Origin: the human T2T-CHM13v2.0 reference genome, Homo sapiens
NCBI RefSeq assembly: GCF_009914755.1
Contig: NC_060927.1
Length of the DNA stretch: 64,000 nt
Strand: one strand, 5' to 3'
The translations under genes were made by a program, and so were the position numbers. The notes under the pieces were generated by a model. It did not search any database. It was given only the letters and a program-made list of their open reading frames with translations, and was not told the DNA's origin. Positions 1 through 12,575 of this stretch are shown piece after piece (the stretch's first letter is position 1; each line of letters begins with the position of its first letter).

Positions 1-735
1 TTTTCACTTGAATGGCCTTCTAAGCCAAGGGTTAAGTAAAGTGGACAATCATTGCAAGAGAAATTAATTCTGGAATTTTTTTTCTGAATATTAGCCTCTG
101 GTACCCTTCTTCCTCTCACATCTAAGTTCTCAAGTTCAAAGCATTAATTTGTTTGTAAATTGATCTACAAACTGAACTTTTTACCATATGCTGGACTAAA
201 CATAACAAAATAAAGTGAGCTTTTCACATCTCATTGCACTAAATAATGATATTAGTCCTAACTAAAAATAAAACTTCATTAAATATTTTTAGTATACATA
301 AACGTTTAAAATCTCTATGTCTTTTTTTGCAAAGTATCTGAGACATTCTTAGTTTTTCTTCCCTCAGAGATTTCGAGTTCCGGTTGTGTGACTAGACTTC
401 TGTGGAGGCTCAGTAGGAGTTATATAACAGTCAAGCTCCTTTGTTTAATACAGTCACCCTTTCCATGATGTAGTTAAGGATACCCTAGAAATTTTCCCTT
501 CACCAATATGTCTCCAAGTAATTGCGTATCTATTGTTTTATCTCATTTGCTTTACCCAATTTCACTTACCCAGCATCTATGAGGTGCTTCCTATGTGCCA
601 ACTCTTACAGTATAAGGCAAGGTATGAGTTCAGACCAGTCCTCAAGAAGCTGAAAAAAGTAGCACCATTTGCTGCTTTTCCTCCAATTCATAAAGCCATT
701 CAGACTCAAACTTGGCATGAAAAATAAAATACCTA

Positions 736-1003
736 CCATATGTTCTCACTTACATGGACACATAGAGGGGAACAACACACACTGAGACCTACTGGAGGGT
801 AGAGGGTGGGAGGAGGGAGAGGATCAGGAAAAATAACTAATGGGTACTGGGCGTAATACCTGAGTGATGAAATAATCTGTACAACAAACCCCCATGACAC
901 AAGTTTGCCTTTGTAACAAACCTGAACATCCTGCACGTGTACCCCTGAACTTAAAAGTTTTTTTTTTTTAAAAAAAAAAAAAGAAAGAAAGAAAAAGAAA
1001 AAG
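736..1003 (+). mobile_element. 5'-truncated LINE-1 3' end (L1PA13-16-like) with A-rich tail
   Basis: L1 3'UTR motif GGAGGAGGGAGAGGATCAGGAAAAATAACTAATGGGTACT...CCCCTGAACTTAAAA, then a T/A/GAAA tail; TSD AAAATACCTA at 726-735 and 1004-1013. Confidence 0.92.
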
Positions 1004-1619
1004 AAAATACCTAACAGAGATGCAGAGGCTCTCAATTATATAGTATTACTCACTTTGTGTTGACCTGTTTGGCTTAATATTATTTTGTTTGTTTGTGTAT
1101 GTATTTGCTTTTGTGGAATTGCATTAGATTATTGACTTGCAGAGACAAATATGAATTGTAGGACATGTAGACTGTTTGGAAAATTTGTTTTAGGCATGTA
1201 CCCACATGCAACTTGTTTCTTAATAAATAATTTATGATGATGTTAAAAATGCTGCTCCTTGAAAACACCAGGGTACAATATTCTTGCTTATATCTTTTTC
1301 GTAGAAATTGAAATCATTTAAGGGTAAACTTACCCTTAGCGGAATAAGTGCTACTGCAGAAGGAGAATTGTATTTTTCCAAATCATCTTCAATTAAACAT
1401 CTACAAGTCCAAGATCACTGGCTTTATGAAGCATCAAAAAAAAAAAAAAAAAAGTGTTGTTTGGCTTCTTCTGATAATGAATTACACAGACTCTCCCAGA
1501 TTTTTTTTCCTATTTCTTTTGCTCAGAAAATCCTGTAATTTTTTTCTTTCCATGTTGTGTTTCCCCAACAAGTATAAAAGGCACTCTATTTCAAAAAACA
1601 AAAACTGAGATTAAGTCTC

Positions 1620-1775
1620 AGTCACATCACATACTGCATATGTGCTCTTAGGGAGCCACTTACCATTCTAAGACTCAGTTTCCCAACCTGTGAAATGAGC
1701 AGAGCATGCCAGTGCTGCCTGTCTCCCATGGTTGCTGAGACCAAGCCATAGGATGCCCTATGTGTACAATGGTTT
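1620..1775 (+). mobile_element. MIR SINE relic
   Basis: MIR core CTCAGTTTCCCAACCTGTGAAATGAG. Confidence 0.7.
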
Positions 1776-1944
1776 TTTACTGGAGCTGAATTTTAAAGAT
1801 TATTATTTAAAGAAACATGACATAAATAAGCAGACAATACACAGAATGAAAAACAGCATACTCAAAGGCCCCTTTACAATTTCCACCCCTACATATAAAA
1901 TACCTGCAGCATTATTTGGAGTTGCAGAAGTAATAAAATAGAGT

Positions 1945-2160
1945 AATACTGATCACTTTTTGAGCTCTTATTGTAAGAGAGGCACAGAACTAAGTTCTTT
2001 GCATGGATTATCTCATTGAATTTTTACCTATTTCATAGTACCATTATTACTTTTATTTTACAGAAGTGAGAATTATGACTTGAGAGGTTAAATATGTTCA
2101 TGGGCACACCAGGAATGTCAGCCATGGCAGTCTGACTCCTGAGCCCAAACTCTTAATCAT
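1945..2160 (-). mobile_element. MIR SINE relic
   Basis: Reverse MIR core TTATCTCATTGAAT...TTTTACAGAAGTGAG...GAGAGGTTAA...CAGTCTGACTCC. Confidence 0.75.
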
Positions 2161-3714
2161 ATTTTTAGGTATGAGGAGGCTGTAAGGCAAAATTCTATCT
2201 TGAATCCAAAGTCGAGTTTCTAAGCTCTTGGTTTAATGTATAGCATTGAGAGCCCAAGGGGAGAGCTGGAGTTCGCAGCTTTAGGCCTCATTTATTTGTC
2301 AGCACACAAGAGCACATGGAAAGGGCACAGAGACAAGTGGTGCTCAGACGAGCATGAACATCAGACAGGACATGTGACAGTGGCCAACGACAGAAACAAC
2401 TTGTTAGCTGAGTCCTGGTGTCAGACCTGCCAACCACACTCCCACATCATGAAGAGAAAAGTCCAATAATCACCACGTCATGGTACCTAAATGCACAAGA
2501 GCAAATCAAGCTATTGTGAAGAAAACTATTAAATTAGAGGCTAGAGAAAATATATTAATGTATAACAGCTCAGCACTGTTAGCAATAATCTTTGCTACCC
2601 TCAGAAGTCCATATAGGACAGGTGCTATGAAAAGGGTGATCACTCTTCCCAGCCATACGTGGGGGTGAGAGAGCTTCTTTCCCCTCACTGGGCCCTCCCC
2701 AGGCATGGGCACTTGGCCAGCCTGTTTCTGCTCAGGTTTGGGCTTCACTGTGTCCTCAACACCGAGGTGAGTAGCTCTTAGGTCTCCCCTGGTCATACTG
2801 GGAGCTTACTCCCTTTCTCTCCCTCCTGAACTGACGCAACAAAACCGAGCTTTGAATATGAGCATATTGCTGTTCCGAGAGCAACACAGGGGATCCTTGG
2901 CTTTCTTAGAACCAATATAGCTTCACATGTAAGTGCACTGAATCCAACCAGGCATTCCCTTTTCTTCTGTAGTAAAGATGCCTCTGAGCCTCCTCGATTG
3001 TGTATGGGGTTAAGACTCAGCACTGGGTTCAGGCTGGCACTAACAAGCCCGCAAACATCCTCAGAGCAGAATGGAGGAAGACACAGGTGAAACAAATCAA
3101 ACAGAACAATCGGGGTGAATTTTCAGTGTGACCCAGCATGGAGATTTCCTGGCGGGATTTCCATTAACACGAATGGGACTAAATCCCTACACACTGTGTG
3201 GAAAATGTGCCTCTAAGTGCTCTGCAGCATTATGCCTGAGGGAACAAAAACACAAACTACCCAAACTAGGTGAAGTATTCCTGGGGCTGAGATTCTCAGA
3301 TTCACTGCAAAAGGTGTCTCAAGTCATAACTGTCCTGGGTGAGAAAAAATGGACCCCCACTCGGCTGGACACTGTGCACTGAAAATAGGAGGGCTCTCCA
3401 GTACCTGCCCAGTGCTGCCTCTCCTTGACACAGACTTTGATTTTGAGTAGATCTGGTGTTCCACGCAAATGGCCTGTGTTTGCTAAAATGATTTCCCTCC
3501 TGCCCCGATTACCTGAAATTTCAGTAAACCTTAGCATTTCATCATGCCTACTGGAACCACAAACATAGAGGATGATAGTGCATGATTCATTTTGATGTGG
3601 TTTTATGGCCTCTACAAAGTAAACGTTGCAAAGGGATCTTACCTTAGGATCAAAGAAAATAGTCAAGAAATCACTTAGCTTGCCCACTTTCATGGAGCAA
3701 TTTTCTTTCCATAG

Positions 3715-4255
3715 CATCCATAGGGTGGTTCTGAAACACAAGTCTGATCACGTTGCTTGACTTCTGAAAAATCTTCACTGACTTCCTTATTTCTCTAAAA
3801 CAAGGTTTAAGCCTCTCTGCAAATTATTTTTCTACTTCATGCTCCACTATATCTCTCCATGTATTCTATGCTCTGAGTGTATTTTTCTATTTGCCCTTCC
3901 TCTAAATGAAGTCACCTCTGGTTGACCTTACTCATATTGTTCCTTCAGGCAGAATAGCTCCCCTCTAGGGATCCCTGTCCTCTATCTACTTACTCTTCCA
4001 AGTCAAGGTTGTATGTGTCATCTTCTTCATTAAACATTTCTCATATCAACTTAACCACTTACTCCACCATGCAATCTCTGGACCTGTATTGCAGAATTCA
4101 TTGAATTCTGTTGCCAGGCACCTTAATTTCTATTACAGTTTGTTCTTTTCCTTTCTGTTTCCTCAAGTACAGTGTAATCTCCACAAGAGCTTTCCTAATC
4201 TTTGTATTCTCCACAATGCCTTGCATGTAGGAGGTTCTTGATTAACGAGTGAAAG
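3715..4255 (+). mobile_element. L2 LINE relic (3' part)
   Basis: L2-like TCTGATCACGTTGCTT...; 3' end TTTGTATTCTCCACAATGCCTTGCATGTAGGAGG. Confidence 0.55.
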
Positions 4256-4298
4256 TTAGGGGTTTCCCTACTCCCTCTTATCTTAGTAGCAAGTTTTC

Positions 4299-4658
<360 letters not shown>

Positions 4659-4724
4659 CTATAGGTCATGGTGATGAAGACGCTAACTAAAACAAAGTCA
4701 TTACCAATACTCCTCTAGCTGTTC

Positions 4725-4845
4725 TTTCACACATTTAACAAACATTTATCAAATACCTCAAATGAGTCAGGGCACTGTACTGGGGGCACAGACGTGAGTA
4801 GGACACGGTCCCTTGCCCTAGAGCAGCTTGCAATCTAGACAGCAA
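4725..4845 (-). mobile_element. L2 3' end relic
   Basis: CATTTAACAAACATTTATCAAATACC...GGCACTGTACTGGG...GGTCCCTTGCCCT. Confidence 0.7.
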
Positions 4846-5240
4846 TGTAATGATGGCTAAGTGTTAAGGAGCCTCACTCTGTGTGATCAAGTTTGTTACA
4901 ATCGTGTCTGCACAGAAAGGATGTGTTCAGGGGAATGTGACATTCAGGGGCTTTTCTCCTAATGGGCAGGTGCCTTAATAGCTGAGTTGTAACATCAGGC
5001 AACAGCCTACTCATCAAGAAGTAAACTTGGCAGGGCCAGGAAAGATTGTGAAATGAGGCAAAGTGTGTCTTTGATATTAGGCTATCTCCCTTCTTGTCCT
5101 TCACCCCAGCTCCCTAAAACTCACCACCTGCTCCCTGCCCTTCCACTCTCCAATTTACAAGGCGATTAGTCTATTAATCTTTGATACATTTATTAAGTAA
5201 GATGGACTGGCTTAAGTTTCTCTTGGAGAAGGTTAAAGAA

Positions 5241-5520
5241 GGGAGCATGGCTCTATAGAAAGAGTGCAGGCTTTGGAAACTGACATCCCTCGATTTTGAG
5301 CTTCAGCAATTCTTATCTGAGTCACCTGGAAAAAATCATTTAAACTCCCTGAGCTACATTTTCCTCCTTGTGCAAGTTTCTTAAACTCTACAGTCCTCAG
5401 CTGCTTCTTCTATAAAATTAAGATATTAACACTTACCTGGCAGGGCTATTTTAAGGATTAGAAATATTGTATATAAACCGCTTAGGCCACACGTGGTAGA
5501 CACTAAAGCATGATAGTTAT
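5241..5520 (+). mobile_element. MIR SINE relic
   Basis: GAAAGAGTGCAGGCTTTGGA...TTTAAACTCCCTGAGC...CTATAAAAT...AAGGATTAG. Confidence 0.75.
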
Positions 5521-5724
5521 TAATCGATTCTTTAAAGGGGGTTCTTGTAGAGATACAATAACTTGTTCAAGCACTGGTTTTGCTAGTGGTGGAAAGTCAA
5601 GGCAGAGTGACAAGCAAATAATGAAAATGTGTGAGGGCCACAAATGGTGAGCTCTGAGTGTCCCACGAGTGCCCCTGGGGTGGCTATGGGTCTAACCCAC
5701 AGGTCATGGGATAAATGGGGTGCT

Positions 5725-5850
5725 GTGAGTTCCCAGCTCTGCCAACGATATTAGCATGGGAATCCGGGTAAGTTGCTAATCTTCTTGCCTCAATTTCCTC
5801 CTGTTTAATATGTATCTTGAGATCACCTCCCCTGACAAGGCAATTTTGAC
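5725..5850 (+). mobile_element. MIR SINE relic
   Basis: CCCAGCTCTGCCA...GGGTAAGTTGCTAATC...GCCTCAATTTCCTC. Confidence 0.6.
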
Positions 5851-6249
5851 TAATGTACAGTCAAGCTTCGAGCTCCTTGGCTGCAGTGGGGCCATAAAAG
5901 CCACGGGTATTACTATTCAATTCAGGGCTCCTGTATCTGCTGTGAGACTCAAAGCAGTGGTGTTCCTTCCCCCACCCTCCTTGTAATATTTGGTTTCTTT
6001 GAGTTGCTTCATCAGAAGAAATACTGAGTTCTCCATTTCCCTGGCTCACTTTCCCACTGACGAGGGTGATGTTAACACCAAGTCCCAAATCACAGCTAGA
6101 TCAATATTATAACAGCTGTGAGAGAAGGGCACTAGCCCTAGAACACAAACACACTTTCTTTTCCAAGAAAGACTGTAGTTCCCTTAGTGTTAACTTCCCC
6201 CTGTTCCCCTCGTTGCCTCCCCCACCCTCCCCTCCCCTTCTGCCACCAG

Positions 6250-6420
6250 CACGACCCAGATCACATTAGAGTCCCAGAGCACAGGGAACAGTTCTCGTCT
6301 ATCCGTCACCAAGGAGGCAGACGGGACAGGGGGAACAACAAGTCATTTGTACCTGATGAGGAGGACACTCCTGGGAAACAAACAGATGAGCCACCCCATG
6401 AATCTGAGCCATTCTCCGAG
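6250..6420 (+). other. Candidate internal exon (unverified, possibly non-coding)
   Basis: TTAAC branch-like site, ~55-nt pyrimidine tract with no AG, CAG acceptor; GAG|GTAAAC donor; 171 nt. Confidence 0.3.
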
Positions 6421-7769
6421 GTAAACAGAACTGCATGAGAAACCACCAACTATCTCCAGCATCGCCCTTCCCTCGCTCCCTGCCCTCTGGCAGCCAGGTG
6501 GGGGACATGAAACTGTAGCTTGGACCAATATCTGATTCTGAGAAAGTTAACCCTCGCAAAGGTGATTTTCTTTTCCCTCAGTCTCCTGGAATTGAATAAC
6601 CACTTTCTATTACCTTTCTGTAAATAATGTTTTTATTTGAGAAGTATGTGTCCATAGAAAATAGATAAAACTAACTTTCAGAATGTGACCTAGTGTTTGG
6701 ATAGGGAGTGCCAATTACTATGCCAGTTAGTGCATAGCAAAGAAGAAGTACTTTGAAACATTTTTAGGGTACTTTTCTTAAAACACACCCCGACACACAT
6801 CAAAACAAAACAAAACTGAGAAACAGTTGCTTCCATGAACTGTTACAAGACAATTGGAATGTTGATTAGATCCCACAAAAGCATTCTAGGACACAAACCC
6901 AGTGGAGAATCCGAGTGTGTTATCACAAACAACTGCAGTTTGTTGTGAATACTATTATTATCTCCTAATTCTACATATTGTAATAGTGAATATTAATACT
7001 GATGATGGCTGAAGAATTGGGTCTGCAGGTCAGGTAGCCTGCCCTAGTGGTAGAAAACACACACTGGGCAATGCCACTTTATAGAAAAATGTTATCTATG
7101 ATCAGTAAAAGAAAAAGAAAGTGAGTGACATGGTAGGTAAGGATTCATAGACAGACGTTTAGGAAAGGCAAGCCTGGCACCCCAAACTAGCATAAAGCCC
7201 AATTTCTATCATTTTAAAATATGTGTTCTTTTTAAAAAACATGAAATGTATGCTTGAATTTGGCAAAATATGAGCAACCATAAGAAAATTGAAGGGACTA
7301 TTTTTATCTTGTATTGAAATACAAGTGAATTAGTGCCTACACCAAACATGGCATTAGAAAATCACGTGATAAAGTTTTATTTTATTCAGTGTGTTCCTGA
7401 ATTACTGGCCTAAAAATTACTGCCCTACCCCAAGAACATAACATAGAACTAGTCCCTTGATGTCTACTCTGCGGAAGCCAAACAGATAAGCTCTTCTTCT
7501 TTGGTAGGGCCTGTCCTCTGGTCTCCCCTGTCCCATGAAGGAAGGTGAGGAAAGATAGGTTAGGATGCATGAGTCCAATCAACACAAAAGAGAGCAAATC
7601 CCTTAGGACAACCACCAAGAAAAATCAAAGAAGAGATATCACCTAGCAACTTCTTATAGAACAGATGAGCTGCTCCTATGTTAGTTTTCAAAAAGTCACT
7701 AATAATTACATTGGACCTCCAATCAACTATTAACACTAGTAAGAACAGGAAAGAGGAAGAAAGAATGAA

Positions 7770-7910
7770 CTAATAGTTTTTAGGCATTTATTTTATGTTA
7801 GGCATTAGGCTTTACATGTATCATTTTACTTGATTTGCCTAACATTTCTTTAAGGGAGGCATTATTCTAGACAAATAAATTGAGGCACAGAAAAATTATG
7901 TAACTTGTCT
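7770..7910 (-). mobile_element. MIR SINE relic
   Basis: AAATTGAGGCACAGAAAAATTATGTAACTTG (reverse core). Confidence 0.65.
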
Positions 7911-8186
7911 TCTGAGGTTTACATATGTTTAAATTTTTTAGAAAACTCAGAAAACTAGAAATCCTAAAGGACGTCATTTAGAGTTTTGCATTCCTTGAGG
8001 ATCCTTACAACTAATGATTTGAAAACTCATCCTATACTTTTTCAGAGAATAGAATGTAAGTCATTCTACAAGCATTCAAAAAAATTGAGTGTCAGGAATT
8101 CTAAAGGGTGTTCACTTGTTTGATGCATTTTTAATGTATATAGAACATGGAAGAGTGAATTACCCATAATAAAACTTGTTCATTCA

Positions 8187-8188
<2 letters not shown>

Positions 8189-8221
<33 letters not shown>
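8189..8221. repeat. poly(T)33 tract
   Basis: 33 consecutive T, no adjacent Alu or L1 body recognised. Confidence 0.95.
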
Positions 8222-8222
<1 letters not shown>

Positions 8223-8379
8223 GTTCTTAGATGGAGAAAATAAGTAGAAGGACTCAGGGTAGTGAAATGTAAAAACCACTTGTATAAGCTTCCACCCATG
8301 GAGACACTCTAGAAAAGAGTAAGAGGAAAATCGCCTCTCAAGGAAATGTCACTGTCACAGGAGAAATGAAAAAATACCC

Positions 8380-8500
8380 TCTGGCCTGGAGTCAGGAAAA
8401 CTGGGTTCGAGCCCATTGACTCTTTTAACTTCCTGTGTGACCTCAGGCAAATCTCTCCACTTCCCTGAGCCTCAGTTTTCTCATCTATTAAAAAAAAAGG
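8380..8500 (+). mobile_element. MIR SINE relic
   Basis: TGGAGTCAGGAAAACTGGGTTCGAG...TGTGTGACCTCAGGCAA...CTGAGCCTCAGTTTTCTCATCT. Confidence 0.85.
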
Positions 8501-8620
8501 AATTGAGCCCTAGGTTGTCCTTGCCATGCTACTTTTTAATTCCAACACACTATTACTCCCTGAGAGGTAATATTAATAGCTATGTCCTGGTTCGGCTATT
8601 TATGCCAAAGTGGTTTAGGT

Positions 8621-8795
8621 CAGTGGTTCTCAAACTTTAGGGAATCGACTGGAGGACATGTTGAAACTCAGATTGCTGGGCTGCTGCCCCGCAGTTTCCA
8701 AAACAGTAGGTCTGGGGTGGGGGCTCTGAATTTATATTTCTAAGTTCTCAGGTGATATCGATGCTACTGGTGGAACCACACTTTGAGAACCACTG
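8621..8795. mobile_element. MER5A (hAT-Charlie non-autonomous DNA transposon)
   Basis: Perfect 14-bp TIRs CAGTGGTTCTCAAA / TTTGAGAACCACTG; internal CAGTAGGTCTGGGGTGGG. Confidence 0.92.
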
Positions 8796-8883
8796 ATTCA
8801 GGACTTGAAGGCTTTTCAGTAGATTAAAGATAAATGTAAGAACCTATCAAGGTCAATTCATTCTAGTAGGCTACCGACTGCAC

Positions 8884-9188
8884 TTTTTTTTTTTTTTTTT
8901 TTTTTAGACAGAGTCTCGCTCAGTCGCCCAGGCTGGAGTGCAGTGGCGAGATCTCGGCTCACCGCAGGCTCCGCCTCCTGGGTTCAGGCCATTTTCCTGC
9001 CTCAGCCTCCTGAGTAGCTGGGACTACAGGCGCCCACCACCACACCCGGCTAATTTTTTTGTATTTTTTTAGTAGAGACGGGGTTTCACCGTGTGAGCCA
9101 GGATGGTCGCGATCTCCTGACCTCGTGATCCGCCCTCCTCAGCCTCCCAAAGTGCTGGGATTACAGGTGTGAGCCACTGTGCCTGGCC
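8884..9188 (-). mobile_element. AluY-like, full length
   Basis: Poly(T) followed by reverse Alu with Y-type CACCGTGT.AGCCAGGATGGTC.CGATCTCCTGACCTCGTGATC; degenerate TSD ACCGACTGCACTTTT / ACTGAGTGCATTTTT. Confidence 0.96.
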
Positions 9189-9402
9189 ACTGAGTGCATT
9201 TTTAAGTTAACCTAAAATATTCTAAAAATATCAGACTGGATGTCAGAGCTGGGGGAAACTCCTCTGATCGGGAAGAAACATATTTTCCTATATTCTAGAA
9301 AGGTATCCTCTAAAAGATGGGTGGCTATGTTTGCCTTGGATATATCTTTCTGGACCTATTCTACCAGACACTTTTGAGACTGTTTAAAAATTAACAAAAT
9401 CA

Positions 9403-9679
<277 letters not shown>

Positions 9680-9782
9680 CTAAGTTTGGGGAGCCATAAG
9701 CCAAACCTCTCCTTCTCTGTCTAGGTTCTGACCTACCCCAGCGACCTACCACAGACAAATTCCTGAAGTCAATATCACACAG

Positions 9783-9982
9783 TGGAGTCAGGCTGCCTAC
9801 TTTCTATTCCTTAATACCTAACAACTATTCCACCTTTAACCTCTCATACCTCTTTATCTCATCTGTAAAAATGAAAATGTTAGCCTCATAGGATTGTCAT
9901 GAGGATTAAATGAAATAATACACCTTAAGCACTTAGAATCTCTGGCACACAGTACATGCTCAATAAACGCTAAGTTGTTATT
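9783..9982 (+). mobile_element. MIR SINE relic
   Basis: CTCATCTGTAAAAATG...CCTCATAGGATTGTCATGAGGATTAAATGA...TGGCACACAGTACATGCTCAATAAA. Confidence 0.88.
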
Positions 9983-12039
9983 TCACTCCTTACCAGAGAA
10001 TATAACCTTAAACTATCTACTCTCCACCTCTGAACAAATGTACAAGTATGACATAATCAAGGAAAATATTCAAGGACAGGTCAAGAAAAGAGCATCAAGG
10101 ATGGGCTGCCCATCCATTTCCCTAAATCAAGCCATCATCACAAAGGCTACATGCTTAGACCACACTTTGTTTTGGGGGCTGGGAGTCCCCAAATTGTGAA
10201 ACTGCTTTTACTAAATTTAACTTTGGCCTTAGTCAAGTCCTGAGAGACAGCATGAGAAGTAGTTAAATGTAACTCACTTTGAGGTAGAGATAGGAAAATG
10301 TCTTTTTCATTGCACCTTGTCCTCTTTAGGAGGATCCACTAAACTCATTTCTCCTGAGCAATGTTTTATTGTTGTTCCCTTCGTATTTTTATATGTTCTT
10401 ATATTGTATTTTCCTCTTGTTTTTAGTCACCAGTAAGCTAAGGGCTAAATCTGTGCCTGCCTCCACTATTGTATAGGACATAACAGCATGTGTTCATTTG
10501 TGCCCTGGTTTTTTTCCTTATCTACACTTGACTTACTCTTCCAGCTTGATTTTTCTTATCTCTTTATCACTTGGAGTTGCATGTATTTTTTCAGCCTTTT
10601 CCAAGATATTTCGGATAGAGTCAAGGCATAAATGAGTTAATAGATTAAATGATTCAAATCATATAAGGCTACAGAGAATTATCATATTTTAGAAATTTAG
10701 TGTCTGGTGAGGCAATATCCTCTTAATTTGATTTATAGTTTAACATTGGGATAGAACATGTTTTTATCCAATGAATGTTTTAGTAATCTTTATCCTTATC
10801 TTTCCATAAGGAGAATTTTTAGAAGATTATAGCTTTAAGATACGGAATACTTAATAGAAAGAAGACCTCATAAAATAGTGCACACTTCACAAAGACAGCA
10901 TAAATCCCATTCAGCCTCATGAAATGTATGTATGTCTCAATGATGTAAGGCCTTGCTCTTGCCTGTTGGGAGGGAATGGAAGACTGGTCAGTCTCGTGAC
11001 CTCTCTGGGAAGATGATGATTTAAGGAAACCTGTGATGAACCATTTTTATAAAGTGAAATAACCTTTGGCAATTTGTACATGAACCTTCCTGCCTACCAC
11101 TGTACCCCTACCTACTGGGTGAAACAGTTTTTAGAGTCTAGGATTTTGTGCCTTAGGCTTTCTCAGAGTAAGACCCACCATTATAAATAAGTCAAATTCA
11201 GAAGCCTCAGCCCTCGAAGTGAAGCTCAATTTTCTTTTTGTGTGGATGTTGTTTCATGACATGGTATGATTAAATTGCTGTCAATGAAGCAATAATCCCT
11301 CTGGGAATTCCAGTGACAAAATCCTTTAGTGAGCTCTCCAATTCTCACATCTAACAGAAAGACACAGGCCCTGATCCCGAGGAGCACTGAGTGCTGTCCA
11401 GCTGCTAGAACTGGCCAGTGCTGCATCTTCATTGCCCTTCCTCTGGTTCAGTTCCCTGTCCAGAAGTCCAGGGAGTGACAGCTGTGTTTGGGCACCGCGT
11501 AGCAGGCTCCAGAGGGGCCTGCACTGCAAAACCTCCCTGCCAGGGCTCAGTGGGGAAGGCACTTCTTATCACAGCAGATTTCCATCCACCTGTTTCCTTG
11601 GCCTTCCTCTCTCAGCAGAGTATACTATACAGCTTTTTAATTTTGTGGGTGAGAAGGTTCTTGGGACCTTTTTCTTATTCTTCCCTAAGTTTCTCATCAT
11701 TTTGGATCAGCATCTCCCTACTCCTTACTGGGATTCTCCTATTTCATCCATGCCCACCATATTGCCTTTCTTTCCCACAGAACAATATTTGTATTTTCAG
11801 AGGGCTGAGTTTAATTTTGAGGCAAAAAAATTATACAGTCTTCAAAAGATGTCTATGATTATGAAATTCTCACCATGTTGTAACTCAGATTTTTCTTAAA
11901 ATTAAAAAGTATACATTTAAAATGTTCATGTTTTTCCAGCAATCAATCTTAGCATCACTAAAGATAACCTGATATGATATGCCTCCTGGGAAATGCAATA
12001 CATACATTGATTCACCTAATTTTTTTCCTTCCATCATGG

Positions 12040-12575
12040 TATTACTTATGTACTGTAAAAGTCAAAGTAGTTCAATGAGTTTTGAAAAATCTATGCACCC
12101 ATACTACTGTCCCCAAATCAAGATACAGAACTTTTCCATCACCTCAAAAATTCTCCTGTGCCCCTCTGTAGTGAATCAGCATCCTCTGGACCCAAAGTCA
12201 TATGTTCTGATTTCTAACATCATAGATTAATTTTGCAGTTTCTTGTACTTCAAATAAATGGGATCGTATCGTGGGTACCCTTTTGTAAATGGCTTCTTTC
12301 TCTCAATATAATGCTTTCAAGCTTTATCCATATTGATGGGTGCAACAATTAGTTACTTCTTTTTAATGCTAGTATTCCATTGTACGAATATTTTACATTT
12401 TGTTTATCCATTCTCTTCTTGGCAGATATTTGGATTGTTTCCAGTTTGCAGTGACTGTAAATTAGGAGTGATTGCAAAGAAAGCTATTATGGACATTCTT
12501 GTAACAAGACTTTTATTGTGGCCATGTGATCTGATTTTTCCTGGATATATATGTAGAAGTAGAATTGTTAGGTCT
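12040..12575 (-). mobile_element. Old L1M (L1ME/MB-like) ORF2 end and 3'UTR
   Basis: CAAGATACAGAACTTTTCCATCACC...AGTATTCCATTGTA...TTGGATTGTTTCCAGTTTG...AGAAGTAGAATTG. Confidence 0.8.

Noticed and set aside
733-1035. 100-aa ORF on the minus strand
   Set aside because: Antisense reading of an L1 3'UTR and its tail.
3319-3741. 140-aa minus-strand ORF
   Set aside because: No recognisable homology; starts in an L2 relic; length within chance range.
5431-5445. ACTTACCTGGCAGGG, identical to the U1 snRNA 5' end
   Set aside because: Only 15 nt, similarity stops immediately, and it sits where a MIR has its ACCTACCTCACAGGG segment; not a U1 pseudogene.
11226-11899. Overlapping 146-155 aa ORFs
   Set aside because: Low-complexity F/L/S-rich translation of pyrimidine-rich DNA, no recognisable domain, no convincing splice frame.
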